Assembly (NCBI RefSeq): GCF_009914755.1 | Contig: NC_060947.1 | Source of the DNA: the human T2T-CHM13v2.0 reference genome, Homo sapiens | Reading direction: 5' to 3' (one strand) | DNA: 64,000 nucleotides | Shown here: one piece after another, positions 1-26,413 of the stretch | How positions within the stretch are numbered: position 1 is the first letter of the stretch | How the letters are laid out: each line of letters opens with the position of its first letter | Position numbers and translations under genes: made by a program | Notes under the pieces: model-generated | Databases searched by the model: none | What the model saw: only the letters and a program-made list of their open reading frames with translations | What the model was told of the DNA's origin: nothing

Positions 1-2361
1 GCAAAATAATATCTGTAGATGAAATCTTCAAGACTGAGAAACCTGGAGCCTATCCTCTTTCGTTTGCAGATGTAAAGTTTTTAAGGAGAAATAACTCTGA
101 ATATGACCTGTGTGGTGGAGACCCAGATAAGAAATGCCATTCTTGCTTCTTTCATGTATATGGTGGGAAACATGAACCCAACATGCAGCTTCTATGTGAT
201 GAATGTAATGCGGCTTATCATATTTACTGCTTGAATACACCTTTGGATAAAGTCCCAGAAGAGGAATACTGGTATTGTTCTTCCTGTAAAACTGATTCCA
301 GTTAAGTTGTAAAGGCTGGTGAAAGACTCGAGATGAGTGAAAAGAAAGCAAAGATGCCATCCGCTAGTACTGAAAGCCAGAGAGACTGGTGCAGGAGAAT
401 GGCTTGTGTTGGTCATATGACAGAATGCACTATTGTCTCTTCTAATCATTATGGACCTATTCCTGTTGGATCAACTTGGAGATTTAGAGTTCAGGTGAGT
501 GAAGTAGGTGTTCACAGACCCCATGTTGGTGGACTTCATGGTCGAAGTAATGATGGAGTTTATTCTCTTGTCTTGGTTGGTGGATTTGTGGATAAAGTTG
601 ACCGAGGTGATGAGTTCTTGTACACTGGAAGTGGTGGTAAAAAGCTTGCTGGTAATAAAAGAATTGGCACACCTTCAGCTGATCAAACATTAACAAACAC
701 AAACAGGGCATTGGCCCTAAACTGTGATGCTACATTGGGTGATAAAATTGGAGCAGAGTCTTGGAATTGGAGAGCTGGTAAGCCAGTCAGAGTGATATGC
801 AGTTTTAAAGGGAGGAAGATCAGCAAATATGCTCCTGAAGAAGGCAACAGATATGATGGCATTTATAAGGTAGTGAAATACTGGCCAGAGATTTCATCAA
901 GCCATGGACTCTTGATTTGGCGCTATCTTTTAAGAAGAGATGATGTTGAACCTGCTCCTTGGACCTCTGAAGGAATAGAATGGTCAAGGAGATTATGTCT
1001 ACATTTACAGTATCCAGCAGGTTACCCTTCAGATAAAGAAAGGAAGAAGACTAAAGGACAGTCAAAGAAGCAGGCCAGTGGAACCACAAAAAGGCCGATT
1101 TCAAATGTCTAAGTGCCTCCAAAGTATACAAAGCATCAGATTCAGCAGGAGCAATTGAGGCTTTTCAACTAACTCCTCAACAGCAACATCTCATCAGAGA
1201 AGACTGTCAAAACCAGAAGCTGTGGGATGAAGTGCTTGCATATCTTGTGGAAGGACCAAATTTTCTGAAAAAATTGGAACAATCTTTTATGTGTGTTTGC
1301 TGCCAGAAGCTAGTTTACCAGCCTGTGACAACTGAGTGCTTCCAGAATGTCTGTAAAAATTGCCAACAGTGCTCCTTTAAGGCATAGGTTTTCTCCTGCC
1401 CTGCTTGCTGGCATGATCTTGGCCAGAATTATGTCATAATTCCCCATGAGATTCTGCAGACTCTACTAGACCTTTTCTTCCCTGGCTACAGCAAAGGATG
1501 ATGATCTGTCTGCTTTCACTGGGTTGTTCATGGTGGGTTTTTGGACAATAAAGAATCTAAAATGGGTGGGGAGGGTGGAATGGTGTACAGTATCTCTCAT
1601 GTTCTGAAGCAGCTAATTCTCTTTCCCACATAGCCATCATCTTTGTGTGTAGTAAGAGGCCCATTTCTCAACTGTCTTTTAAATATCTAAAGGTAGTTCC
1701 TGTAACAACTAGTTTTAATGAGTAAAAAGTCAAAGCCCCAGCTCTAGATGATATCCAAGTTATGATTTATTTTGCAACTACCTCAGGACAGAAAAGATTC
1801 ATGGAGATTTAAAAAATCATTGAATAACCAGTTAAATGAAATTTTAGCTACACACTGCCTCCCAAATATTAATTGTGCCTGGTTCATGTAATTTGATTTT
1901 ACAGAAAAGGAAATGACACTTGAGATCCTTGGAATGAACACAGCTTCTATAGTGTGCATATACTCTTTTAACATCTCTTCTTCCATTACAATGTGTGTGT
2001 TGCAAGGACAGGTTCATTTTTTTGACCACTTTGTGAACTCCACTGTGCTTTTTTCTGGTGTTTTATGCAAGTTGACTACTAATGGCTAATGAGAACAATA
2101 ATGAATGTATTGTTGCTGCATTAGTGTAATGTGGTATGTTTTTGCACTTGAAAGGTATTCATATGCTCTAGTTGTAAATGTTCATGAAAATCCACTTCTG
2201 TACTAGTCGAACTGCTTTTAATGTCTCCACAGCGGTTTTACATCTGCAGAGTTTTGACCTTTGAGAGGATTTGAAATTGCTTTATATTGTGATCCTAAAT
2301 TTTATACTTACTATATTCCCTAAAGTATACCTTAGTAAATATTTTATGAGCAGAAAAAAAA
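1..2361 (+). pseudogene. UHRF2P1: UHRF2 processed pseudogene (5' part outside window): PHD, SRA, RING remnants, 3'UTR, poly(A)
   Basis: The intronless ORF 333-1112 encodes an SRA domain ([24 protein letters not shown]...YTGSGG...[12 protein letters not shown]). A broken PHD lies at ~100-290 and a RING remnant (CVCCQKLVYQPVTTEC) at ~1286-1360, ending PGYSKG* near 1500. AGTAAA at 2334 precedes an A-tail at 2354-2361. Frameshifts and stops are present. The symbol is from recall of the locus. Confidence 0.9.
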
Positions 2362-2595
2362 TGCTGGCACCATCAAAAATCTGAATGTAGTGATGCAACC
2401 AAAGAACTTCACTAGCTCTTCAGCAATGGTCCCTACCAAAATGGACACTCAGAAATGACAGATAAAGAATTCAAAGTATGGATTGCAAAGAAGCTCAATG
2501 AGATCTAAGACAAAGTTGAAAATCAACATAAAGAAACTTCTAAAGCAGTCCAGAAAAATGAAGGAAGAGATAAATACCTCATAAAAAAATCAATC
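2362..2595 (+). mobile_element. L1 (L1PB/L1MA-type) ORF1 start fragment; insertion target of the UHRF2 retrocopy
   Basis: Homologous to 14070-14310 (ctggcaccat.aaaaat.tgaatgt...cagataaagaattcaaa..atggattgcaa). Confidence 0.75.
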
Positions 2596-2596
2596 T

Positions 2597-2806
2597 GATG
2601 CAAAGGCATAAGAATGATACAATGGACTTTGGGGACTTGTGGGGAAGGGTGGGAGAGGGGCAAGGGATAAAAGACTACAGATAGAGTGTGTTGTATACTG
2701 CTTGGGAGATGAGTGCACCAAAATCTCACAAAGCACCATTAAAGAATTTACACATGTAACCAAATACCATCCGTACCCCAGTAACCTATAGAGAAACTAA
2801 AAAAAA
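2597..2806 (+). mobile_element. L1PB-type 3'UTR fragment
   Basis: gatgcaaaggcataagaatgatacaatggactttggggac...gtaacctat followed by an A-tail. Confidence 0.75.
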
Positions 2807-6377
<3,571 letters not shown>

Positions 6378-6379
6378 AT

Positions 6380-8546
6380 AGCCAAATAGGAAAGGAAAGT
6401 AAAATTGCTCTGTTTGAAGATGTCAGGTCTTATATATAAAAACACTATAAGACTCCACCAAAAACTTTCAGAATTAACAACAAATTTAATACAGATACAG
6501 GATACAAAATCAACATTCAAAAATTAGAATTGCCTATACACTAACAACAAACTATCAGAAAAATAAATAAAACAATCCCACTTAAAATAGCATCAAAATC
6601 AACATTAAAAGGCTAGGAATAAATTTAATCAAGAAGGCAAACAATTTGCATAATGAAAAGCATAAAACATTCATTAATGAAAGAAATGGAAGAAGTCACA
6701 AATAAATGGAAACATATCCCATGATCGTGGATCAGAAAAATTAATATTGTTAAAATGTCCATACTACCCAAAGCAACCTGCAGATTAAATGCAATCTCTA
6801 TCAAAATCTGAGTGACATTTTTTACAGAAATAGAAAAAACAATCCTAAAATGTATATGGAATTATAAAGATCCCAAATAGCTAATGCATATTGAGAAAGA
6901 ACAGCAAAGGTGGAGGCATTGCACTTACTGATTTTAAACTATTTTGCAAAGCTATAGAAATCCAAACAATGTAGCACAGGCATAAAAACAGATACCTACA
7001 CCAATGCAACAGAACTGAAAGCCCAGAAATAGACTAACCATATCAACTAATATCTGAGTTAAGTTTAAGTTTCCAGGAATACACAATTAGAAAAGGACAG
7101 TCTCTTCAATAAATGGTTTAAGGACAGCTGGATATACACATGCAAAAATAAAATAAAACGGGATCCCTATTTTACACTCCTCACAAAAATTAACTTGGAA
7201 TGTATTAAAGGCTTAAACATAAGACTTAAAACTATGAAACTACTGGAATCAAACATGGGGGGAACCTTCATGGCATTAATTTTGGCAATAATTTTTTGGA
7301 TATGACACCAAAAGCACAAGCAACAAGAACACAAATAAATGAGAATACATCAAACTCTAAAAGATTCTGCACAGCAAGGGAAACATTCAAAAAAATGAAA
7401 AGACTACTGACAGAATAGAAGAGGATATTTTCAAACCTTATATCTAATAAGGGGTTAATATGCTTATAACATAAGTAACTCCTACAACTCAATGGCAAAA
7501 AAAAAATCAATAATCTGATTTTTAAATGGTCATATTACCTCAATAGACATTTTCTAAGGAAGACATACAAATGGCCAACAGGTATATGAAAAGGTGCTCA
7601 ACAACCCTATTCATCAGGAAAATGCAAATCAAAACCATAATGAGCTATTGCCTCACACCTGTCAGGATGGTTTTTATTAAAAAGACAAGATATAACTATT
7701 TTTGGCAAAATCTGAATAAAATGGAATTCTTGTGCATGGTTGATTGGAACATAAACTGGCACAACCATTAAGGAAAACAGTACGGAGCTTCCTAAAAAAA
7801 ATGAAAATAGAACCACCATATTATCCAGCAATCCCACTTCTGGGTATATATTTATTGGACAAAATCAGTAGCTCAAAGGGATATCTGCATTCCCATGTTT
7901 ATTGCAGCATTATTCACAATAGCCAAGACAAGGAAACAACCTGTGTCTGTTGACAGTAATTGTTACAATTACTTATCCATTCATCTGTCAACAGACATTT
8001 AGATTGTTTCCATGTTTTGGCTATATATACAAAATGGGATATTAATCAGCCATAAACAAGAATGAAATCCTGCCATTTGTGACAACATGGATGAGTCTCG
8101 AGGGCATTATGCAAGGTGAGAGATGTCAGACAGGGAAAGACAAATGAGGTATGATCTCACTTATATTTGGAATCTAAAATAATGGAACTCAGAGAAACAG
8201 TGTAGAACGGTGATTACTAGGGGCTGGGTGTGAGGGAAATTGGGAGATGTCGGTCAAAGGGCACACACTTTTAGATATAAGATGAATAAATTCTGGAGAT
8301 CAAATGTACAGTATGGTGACTATACTTAACAATATTGTACTGTACCCTTGAAATGTGCTAAGAAAGTAGTCCTTAAATGTTCATACCACACACACAAAAA
8401 TATGTTAACTGAGTGAGGTGACAGAATGGTAACTAACTTGGGTGCAGAAATCATCTCACAACATATACATATATCTAATCATCAAATTGAAACCTTAAAT
8501 TTACACAATTTCATTTGTCAATTATATCTCAATAAAGTTCAAAAAA
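6380..8546 (+). mobile_element. 5'-truncated older L1 (L1MA8/9-like 3' end)
   Basis: ORF2 C-terminal homology, then a 3'UTR ending ttgtcaattatatctcaataaag(A)n. Confidence 0.8.
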
Positions 8547-8582
8547 TATATTTCATATACTATGGAGACTATTTCAATATTT

Positions 8583-8650
8583 TGTGTGTGTGTATATATA
8601 TATTTTATATAATATGTGTGCATGTGTGTATACATATATATATATATATA
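8583..8650. repeat. (TG)n/(TA)n microsatellite
   Basis: tgtgtgtgtgtatatatata...tatatatata. Confidence 0.8.
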
Positions 8651-8949
8651 AAAGAATAAAACCAAGGCATAAACAGTGATAAAACTAATGTACAGATCTT
8701 ATATATTGTGGCAAAGTGGAAATAATGCACTAAGATGGGAAAAAGAAGAAAGTAGAAAAAGCTCTTTGTATTAGAGGCAATAAATCGGCATTAAAAGTTT
8801 AAAAAAAGAAACAGACAAAATTCCTAAAGTTTAAATGAGAAACAGAGTACTAAGGCATTAAGAAAGGCATATATAAAATTAATCATTAGGACAAAAAGAA
8901 AAACCTTCCAAATATGAAAACATATATATTTAAAAACACAGGCTACAGC

Positions 8950-11090
8950 TTTCATAGAGACAAACATAGCAAATACATCAAATTAGCCATAGTATAAAAT
9001 AACAGATTTGTATCTAAATCTACAAGTCATATCAATAAATGTAAATAGGCTTACCTTTCTAAAATACAAAGCTCTACAACTTGACTTATAAAATAAGATC
9101 CAATCATATATTATATGCAAGAAACATACGTGAAAGAAGTGTTTTAGAAGGCTAAAAATACAGTAATGAACAAGAAAACAGTAGACAAATTGAAGCAAAA
9201 TGAAAGTAGTAATAGTTACCTGATATCAGGCAAAGTAGAATTCAAGCCCAAAGGCATTAATCATAACAAATATCAATCTTAAATGCTATAAGCCACAATT
9301 AACAATCAAGGTATATAACTTATGAATGTCTATGCATCAAAAACAGCAACCACCTTGATAAAGTAAAACCTAATGAGGGTCAATAATATAGATAGAATAT
9401 GTTAATAATTGGAGACCTTAATACATCACTCTCAGTTCATGACAGATCAATTAGGGGAAAAAATGACTAAGGAGAGAAAAAAGATAGACAACATAATCCT
9501 TAGGGTAAATGTTAGGGATATATATTAAACTATACATGCTCCTAATAGAGAATATTTGCATGAGTATTAGAGTAGTATATGGGCTCATGATCCATTTACA
9601 AATATTGATCAATTGATCAGCAAAATAATCTGCAATTTTATAAAATATAAATATTATAAACAATACAGGTGATAATGCAATAAAACAAGATATTACTAAC
9701 AAAAACAAAACAAAAACACCCAGAAAGATTCTTCCACCTGGAAATTTAAAACATCCCATTAAACAAGTTTAGTGTGTGCAAGGGGAAATGCAAACTACAA
9801 TGACAGAAGTTAATAAATTATAATAACAAAAAACCCACTACATATCAGCATCTATGGGATGTATGTAAAGCAGTGCTCAGAGGAAAATTCATTGAACTAA
9901 ACACTTTAATCAATAAAAAAGCAAAGATTGAAAATATATTAATTAAATTCCAAGCATCAAAAACTGAATAAAAGGACAATAAAGTAAATCAAAATAAGCA
10001 AAGGGAAATAATAAAGCAGAAATCAGTAAGGTAGGAGACCTTTAAAATAAATTAATTAAACTAATAAACAAAATTCCTGGTTTGTTGAAAAGATTAAGAA
10101 AATTGACAAATCACTAGATAATTTGTTCAGGAGAAGTAGGAGAATGCACTAACAAACCAAGAAATATTCAGGAGGAAATAACTATTGAAACAAAAAATAA
10201 TAATAAAATTACAATATTTTTTAGACCTCTATGCAAATAAATTTGAAAGCCTGGAGAAGATAAATAATCTTTTAATAAAATACAGACTGCCAAAATTGAA
10301 TCCATTAGAGTTAAAATGTTTAAACAGAACAATTTCATAGAAGAAATAAAGTTATTAAGAAACTAGTTCACAAAAAAAAGCAACCGGTGCAGTTGTTTCA
10401 CATGAGACTTCTACCAAAACATCAAACTTCTTCTTGAAAAAGAAGAAAAATATTGTAACTCCTTTCATGTACCAAGTATAACACACACTTAAGCTAGATA
10501 AGGACAGTATTAAAACAATTGTAGACCAATGTCAGTCAGAAAAGTCGATGCAAAAAAACTAAATAAGATACTTGTAAACAGAATCTAACAAGATGTGAAG
10601 AAAATAATACATCATTAGCAAATTGGATTTATAGCAAAATTTCAAGGTAGGTTTAATATTAGGAAATTCATTTATATCATAAACAATATTAATAGATCTA
10701 AGAGGAAAATTATTACTATCCCCACAGATACGGCAAAAACAATTGGAGAAAACGCCCATCCATGTTAAATGTAAAAAGACATCCAAGATAGTAAGAAATA
10801 AGCGATATTTTTAACATAATAAAATACTCATACCTTAGTCCTAAATCCAGTGTCTAATTGAATGGAGAAATACTAAAAGCATTTTCAATAAGATCAAGAC
10901 AAAAATGCCCACTATTTCTGCTCTAATTTAACATTATATTAGAGGTATTATTCAAATGCAATCAGGGAAGACAGAAGAAATACAGATATAAATGTGGTTA
11001 ATAATAATAGTATATCTGGAAAATTTCAAAGAATCAATGATAAAACTAATTCAGATAATAATTCAACTCAGTGAATAAGTAGAAAAAAAC
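8950..11090 (+). mobile_element. Ancient L1M ORF2 5' half (endonuclease to RT), highly degenerate
   Basis: atatcaataaatgtaaatagg (EN start), ggagaccttaatacatcactctcag, ctcagaggaaaattcat, acctctatgcaaataaatttgaaa. Confidence 0.65.
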
Positions 11091-11133
11091 ATTAAATTTA
11101 AAATTTATACCTTTATATTTATTTCACGAAAAA

Positions 11134-11223
11134 GTGAATATACTTAACAGTACTGAACTCTACACTTAAAAATGAATAAAATGGTAAATTTTATGTTATA
11201 TGCTTTTTACCACAATAAAAAAA
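11134..11223 (+). mobile_element. L1MB/MD-type 3' end fragment
   Basis: gtgaatatacttaac.gtactgaact.tacacttaaaa...ggtaaattttatgttata....ttttaccacaataaaa. Confidence 0.65.
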
Positions 11224-11271
11224 TATATGTATTCATATCAAAAATAATAAAAGTGGGATATAATAGTAGAG

Positions 11272-15532
<4,261 letters not shown>

Positions 15533-15756
15533 TTCCCGTCTTTTTATGTTAATAATGAAGAAATAAAACAAGAAAGATTAATGAAAACTTGAGGTGAAAA
15601 TTTTGGGGGCGGTATGGAGGGGTGATGGGCGATGTTTCTCAGGGCTGCTTCAAGTGGGATTAGGGGTGGCATGGGAACCTAAAGTGGGAGAGATTAGACT
15701 GAAGTAAGATTTTGGGGTAAGGGGTGATATTGTGGGCTTGTTAAAAGCAGCACTTG

Positions 15757-17358
15757 TCATATAGAGTGATTAGTGATAGCCTGGATGCAGTTTTGTAGGA
15801 ATTGAGAGATTAATCGGAAGACAAAAGGCCCGAATAAGAGATGGAGGAAGATAGGTATTACAGGACTAATGATTGGAACAAGCCAGGATACCCAGTTAGA
15901 GAGTGACCAGGTGGGTCCAGCATAATTAGTTGCCTGATTAGTGAGTTTTTGAGCTCTGTCTTTGAGTTTTTTGATGTTACCATATGCCAGGCCAGATTGA
16001 TTTAAGTAAAAACAACACTCTTCATTAAGAAATATACAGAGTCCTCCTTTTTCAGCAGTGAGTAAATTGAGGCCTTGGCGGTTCTGCAGGACAACTGCAG
16101 CTAAAGAGTCAACCTGGGCTTGGAGGACAGATAAAGCTTGTGATATATCTGTAATGCTAGCAGAGAAGTCATTAGAGAGGCTGCGGAATGCTGTGACAGA
16201 GGTTGAGATGCCTGCTATTCCAGTTCCAAGTGCAAGAGTGGAGGCAGAAAGTCCTAGACCCACAAGCAAAGGGATTAGTGAGATGACTCTTTTTTGTCAT
16301 GTTGGTGTCATGAGGGGGACAGGCAGTTGTTCATTCCCATCTACAAACTGGATTTTGGGAGTAAGGAAGACTAGAGTACATGTGCCCATCTAGCTGGCAG
16401 GTAGGCACATGTAGGTGGAAGAGCCACATAAAAAGAAGAAACCTTGTGTCAGGCAGAACTGGAAATGTAAAGTGAAAAGGTGAGAGGGTGTACTGAAAGA
16501 GGAGTCCTGCACCCCAAATCCTAGAGATCCAGCAAGGACAGCAGCTGTTAGAGGTTGTAATGGGGATTGATGGTGCAATTGTGTAGATGAAAGGTTTGGT
16601 TCTCATGGTATATGAGAAAGAGCATAGTATCTATGAGTAACCTTTCACTGCTATTGATGGGGCTGGGTATAAGCAAGCAAGAGGAGGAGTCAGGAGGAGA
16701 GTCAGATGAGCAAGCGGAGGGTAGCCAAGGATGGAGTGAGATGCAGGGTAGGTGTCTTCCTAAACAATAGTGACTGCCAATGTTTTTTAGTTTGTCAATA
16801 ATGATAGAGGGCTTATCAGCAATGCGAAGTTGGAATGCTCCCATCTGTTTGGTAGTGTGTGTGGCTGGGTTCTGGAGATAAAGAGTAAAGGAACATTTGG
16901 ACGGTGGAAGGTTGCCTAAAGGGATTCCAGTAGGCTGTGGTCAGGAGATGCAAAAAGGAGCAGCAACAGGGATAGTTGTTTGTGTGGTTAGGGGTCCAAA
17001 TTTGGGGGGGGGTGGACTTGACATAAGGAGAAAGGTACCATAAGTAGATGCGGAGAAGTGTGGCAGCTTGTTGGTGTGAAATGTCTGGGGAGTTCTCACC
17101 AAATCTGTCTAGAAAGTAAAGAAGTTCCTCAGGAGGGTAAAGATGAGGTAAAGGAGGTTTGGAGGTGCAGGGAGACAGGAGAGGTAGCCCAGTCGGCCTG
17201 TAGAGCGGGGACTTGTAAGAGCAGGAAGAAAGGGAAACACATAGCCAACAATTCTTTGCTAGAGAAGGATTGGAGGCAGTGAGGAGAGAGTGGGTGAGAT
17301 TGATAGTATGCTGGAGGTAACTAGGGAGAGGTAGATAGTGACTGGAGAATGGGGTCAA
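15757..17358 (-). pseudogene. HERV-H env remnant (SU + TM), frameshifted
   Basis: SU carries the CWLC motif (ORF 16816-17358). TM ORF 15757-16269 has the fusion peptide, ISD LQNRQGLNLLTAEKGG, CX6CC (CIFLNEECC) and a hydrophobic anchor. Confidence 0.9.
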
Positions 17359-17879
17359 GGATAAGAGTAAGTAGAAAAGTAAAAAAAAAAAAAAAAAAAA
17401 GGACTTTATCAGGATAGAGGAATTGGAGTGTACCTTGCCACTGAAGAGCTTCTATCCACTCCCAGAGAGAGTTAAGGGTGGCGGTTTGAGGTAAAACCAG
17501 GAGATATCAGTTATGATGGTTTGGAGGAAAAGTGTAAACTGGCAGTGTAAACAAGGGCAGGGCATTTATGAGTAGTTGAGAATGGTGAATAGGAGTATGA
17601 CTAGACAGAAGATAGTAGGGATGACAAGTTTTTGGGGCACAGTCCAAGTAGTGGGGGTGACTGTGTAAAGCCCTGTTGCAAAAAGTAGGGTAAGGATGAA
17701 TAGACCTAATAGAATGAAGGGATATATTAGGCTCATAAGGGTTATTACTGTTCTTCAGAAATGCAAGTGAGTTTAAGGGAAGCAGGGGAGAGTACTTGCG
17801 ATTTCCAGGAGGAAGAGGAGAGATCAGGCTGGCTGGCTGGCAGACACAGCTTTATTCTGGAATGGTGAACCCAATACAG

Positions 17880-21366
<3,487 letters not shown>

Positions 21367-21375
21367 AAAAGAATG

Positions 21376-21654
21376 TTATCCAAGTTGGCACCAGAGTTGG
21401 GGACTTTTAAGGGGTCTAGAAGCCTGGCCGTCAATACCCACAACAGTTACGGGGGCAAGGGAAACAGGCCCTTGAAAAGAAGGTAATGTGGAGGGGGTAG
21501 CTCCCGTATCGATTAAACAGGTTATGGACTTACCATCCACTGTAAGAGTTACCCAAAGCTCGGCATCCGTGATGGTCCAGGGGGCTTCTGAGGCGATCAG
21601 GCAGCATCGACATTCAGCTGCTAAGCCGAGGAGATCTGGGAAGGAGTCGGCCAA
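21376..21654 (-). pseudogene. HERV-H protease remnant
   Basis: LIDTGAT active-site motif and VVGIDG flap. Confidence 0.85.
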
Positions 21655-21659
21655 GGAAT

Positions 21660-23200
21660 GTTGGGTTTGAGCTCCAGGAGCTTTAGGAGTGGCAGCGATG
21701 TGAGTCAGACAGTCTGACTTCCAGTGGGGGCCTGCACAGACAGGGCCCGACTTAGGAGGAATCCTGGGCTGCTGGCACTCCGAGGCCCAGTGGCCAGGCT
21801 TTTGGCATTTGAAGCAAGGTCCACAGGGAGGTTTTGAAGGAGCCCCTGGGAGCTGTGGCTTGGATGTTCCGAAGGTTTTGTATGCTGGAGACGTGGTTGT
21901 GGGTTGTCTTACAGTGGAGGCAAGTAGCTATAACTGAGAGATACGTTGCCACTTGGCGGCTTCTTCTCTGTTATTGAACACCTTGAAGGTGAGGTTGATT
22001 AAATCCTATTGTGGGGTTTGAGGGCCGGAATCCAACTTTTGGAGTTTTTTTCTAATGTCAGGAGTGGATTGGGTCATAAAATGCATGTTAAGGATAAGGC
22101 GGCCTTCTGGCCCCTCTGGGTCTAAGGCTGTAAAGCATCTAAGGGTAGCTGCTAAGTGGGCCATGAACTGGGCTGGGTTTTCATCTTCACGTTGGGTAGT
22201 TTCCTTTAGCTTGTCATAATTAACAGCTTTGTATGCTGCCTTTTTGAGCCCCTAGACTAGGCAGGAGACCATGTAATCTCACCTAGCTATACCTGGGGAG
22301 TCTGTGTGGTATTGCCAATGGGGATCCTCTCGGGGAACTGCCCTAGTGCCCTCTTGGAGGCCTGGCTTATGAAGCCGGCAGGTGTCTGCATAGGACTGGG
22401 CTAGAGAATAAACTCTTTCTCATTTATCTGGGGAGAGGGTAGAGGTCAGGATGACATTTAAGTCACTCCAGGTTAAAGTGAAGGACTGAGTTAGATATTG
22501 GAATTCCTGTATATATTTATTGGGGTCTGATGAGAAAGAGCCAAAATGCTGACTGATTTGGGAAAGGTCTGATAGAGAAAAAGGCACATGTACCCTGACT
22601 ATGCCTTCAGCTCCAGCCACCTCTCTAAGAGGAAATTGTTGGGCAGGTGGGGGAGACCTAGTCACGGAACGAAACTGTAAGCCAGACCAGGTGTGAGGAG
22701 GGAAGGTAATAGAAGGGTTATAGGGTGGGGAAGCGGAGGCTATGGAAGAATTGGGACCTGATTCAGCCTGGCAAGGAGCAGCCGGGGGAGAAGAGAGGTA
22801 AGAGGGGTCAGTGGAAAAGGAGGATTCAGAGGACTCTGAGTTTGGGGTGGAGACAAGAGGAGTGGATGGGAGAGAAAGAAGGAAAATCTGGGACAAGTGG
22901 CATTGGGAGCAGAGACTAGGGAGGGAATGAATTGTAAAAAAATGCCTGGACATAAGGCACCTCGGACCATTTGCCCATTTTTCAACAAAAATTATCTAGG
23001 TCTTGTAGGATAGACAAATCAAAAGTGCCATTCTCTAGCCACTTGGAACTATTGTCGAGTTTGTACTGGGGCCAAGCAGTATTACAGAAGAAAATAAGAT
23101 GTTTAGGTTTTAGGTCAGGTGTTAGTCGAAGGGGTTTTAGGTTTTTAAGAACACAGGCTAAGGGGGAAGAGGGAGGAATGGATGGCAGAATGTTGCCCAT
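21660..23200 (-). pseudogene. HERV-H gag remnant
   Basis: MGNILPSIPPSSPLACVLKNL at 23200; CA segment RVHVPFSLSDL..SDPNKYIQEF; zinc knuckle CFKCQKPGHWASEC at ~21775-21820 plus a second degenerate knuckle. Confidence 0.85.
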
Positions 23201-23714
23201 AGTGGAGAAGGTAAGTTTAAAGAGGAAGGTAGAGACACGGAGAAATGGAGGTGGCAACTACAGGCTTCCCGTAGGCATCCCTGACTGAGTCCTGGGCTGT
23301 AATGTGGGTGAGCAGCCAAAGCAGGCATCCCCATAATTGACCTGCCACCAAGAGAATGTGGGTGAATGATCAAGACAGGTGTCCCCACGGTGATCAGACA
23401 CCAAGGGAAGACTGTCTTCCCAAGTCCGTGACCAACATCGGAGTTTTTGAATGCACAGATAAAGTGTGTCTCCTTTTTGTCTCTACCAGGAAGGGAGAGA
23501 AACTGAAATTGAAAGGAGAGAGATTGAAGGGAGGCAATAGAGGTTAGGTAGAGAGCAAAAACACTGCTTACCCGAGTGCAAATAACTGCTTACCGATTTG
23601 AAATTGGTGAAATGGTCCTTGGGCTGGCTGGTCTGATGACCTGAGGTCGTAGGTGGATCTCCTCACAGAGGTAGCATGAGGACAGGGGACCAGTCTCCTG
23701 AAGGAGTTCCCCTG

Positions 23715-23733
23715 TCCCGGGTCTTCAGCACCA
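23715..23733 (-). other. Primer-binding site, tRNA-Phe-like
   Basis: Minus strand TGGTGCTGAAGACCCGGGA, compared with Phe PBS TGGTGCCGAAACCCGGGA and His PBS TGGTGCCGTGACTCGGAT. Confidence 0.75.
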
Positions 23734-23735
23734 AA

Positions 23736-24093
23736 TACTATGTGTGTCCGTATAAGAGACCACCTGAGCAGGCTTAGTGTAAGCAACAAGGCTGTTTATT
23801 CACTTGGGTGCAAGTGGGCTGAATCCAAGAAAGGAGTCAGCAAAGGGTGGTGGGATTATCATTTATTCTTATAGGTTTGGGATAGGCAGTGGAGTCAGAA
23901 GCAATTTTTTGCAGGCAGGGGATGGATGTTACAAATACATTAACAAGGGCGGGGAGGGTGTATTGTCACAAGGGCGGGGAATGTTACAAACTACCTTCAC
24001 AAGGATGGGGAATATCACAAAGTACATTATCACAAGGGCGGGGGAATGTCACGATGGCTTGACCATGGTGCGGCCAGCTCAGAGGACCTTACA
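23736..24093 (-). promoter_or_regulatory. 5' LTR (LTR7 family)
   Basis: Starts TGTAAGGTCCTCTGAGC on the minus strand and is followed by the PBS. Confidence 0.85.
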
Positions 24094-24151
24094 GAGCTTA
24101 CTTACTATACTCATCCTACTCCACTGCAAAACATGCCATTCCTATTATTAG

Positions 24152-25145
<994 letters not shown>

Positions 25146-25148
25146 TAA

Positions 25149-25265
<117 letters not shown>

Positions 25266-25310
25266 TGATCTAAAAGATTCAGTGGAGGATTTGGTGCCAG
25301 AGACTATTGA

Positions 25311-25478
<168 letters not shown>

Positions 25479-25483
25479 TAAGA

Positions 25484-25797
<314 letters not shown>

Positions 25798-26413
25798 TTA
25801 TTAAGAAATTATTTTAAGCAGATAAGAAAAGGGGTCCTTGGGAAGTTCTTTTTTTTCTTTTAGAGCAACTCCAGAAACATTTCTTGTCTAGCAGGAAAGC
25901 TAGGCCAGCAAGCTTTGATATGCAAATACCGGCCATTAGAAACTGGGCCCACCCAAACATGGCAATTCCTGCAGTCTTATTCTTGCCCTGGCCTCCACAT
26001 GTGCCTGGCAACACGGCCACCCCCACATATCCACACATGTGTAAAATATCATGGTGCCCTGCATTTGCATATTAAAAGGCTAGGGTGGGAGGGCCAGTTT
26101 TTTCTCAGGCTACGTGAATGACATGCTTGGTCAAACCAATCCCCTGAGCCCTATCCAAATCAGACACAAACGTCCTCCAGCCTCCTCATATAAGCAGCCA
26201 CTTTTCTATCACACTTGGAGTTTTTCTCTTTGTTCGAATCCCCCTGCCTTCTGTCTCTGTACGGGGAAGCTGTTTTCTTCTTCCTTCCTTCTTTCTTGTC
26301 TATTAAACTCTCTGCTCCTTAAAACGACTCCACATGTGTCTGTGTCATTTTATCTAAATTGACACAAGACTAAGGACGCTGGTGTTCCTCCAGTCATCGG
26401 AGCCATATCATTT

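Noticed and set aside
17381-17400. 20-nt A run inside HERV-H as a possible insertion tail
   Set aside because: No TSD or upstream element; more simply an expanded T tract on the viral strand before env
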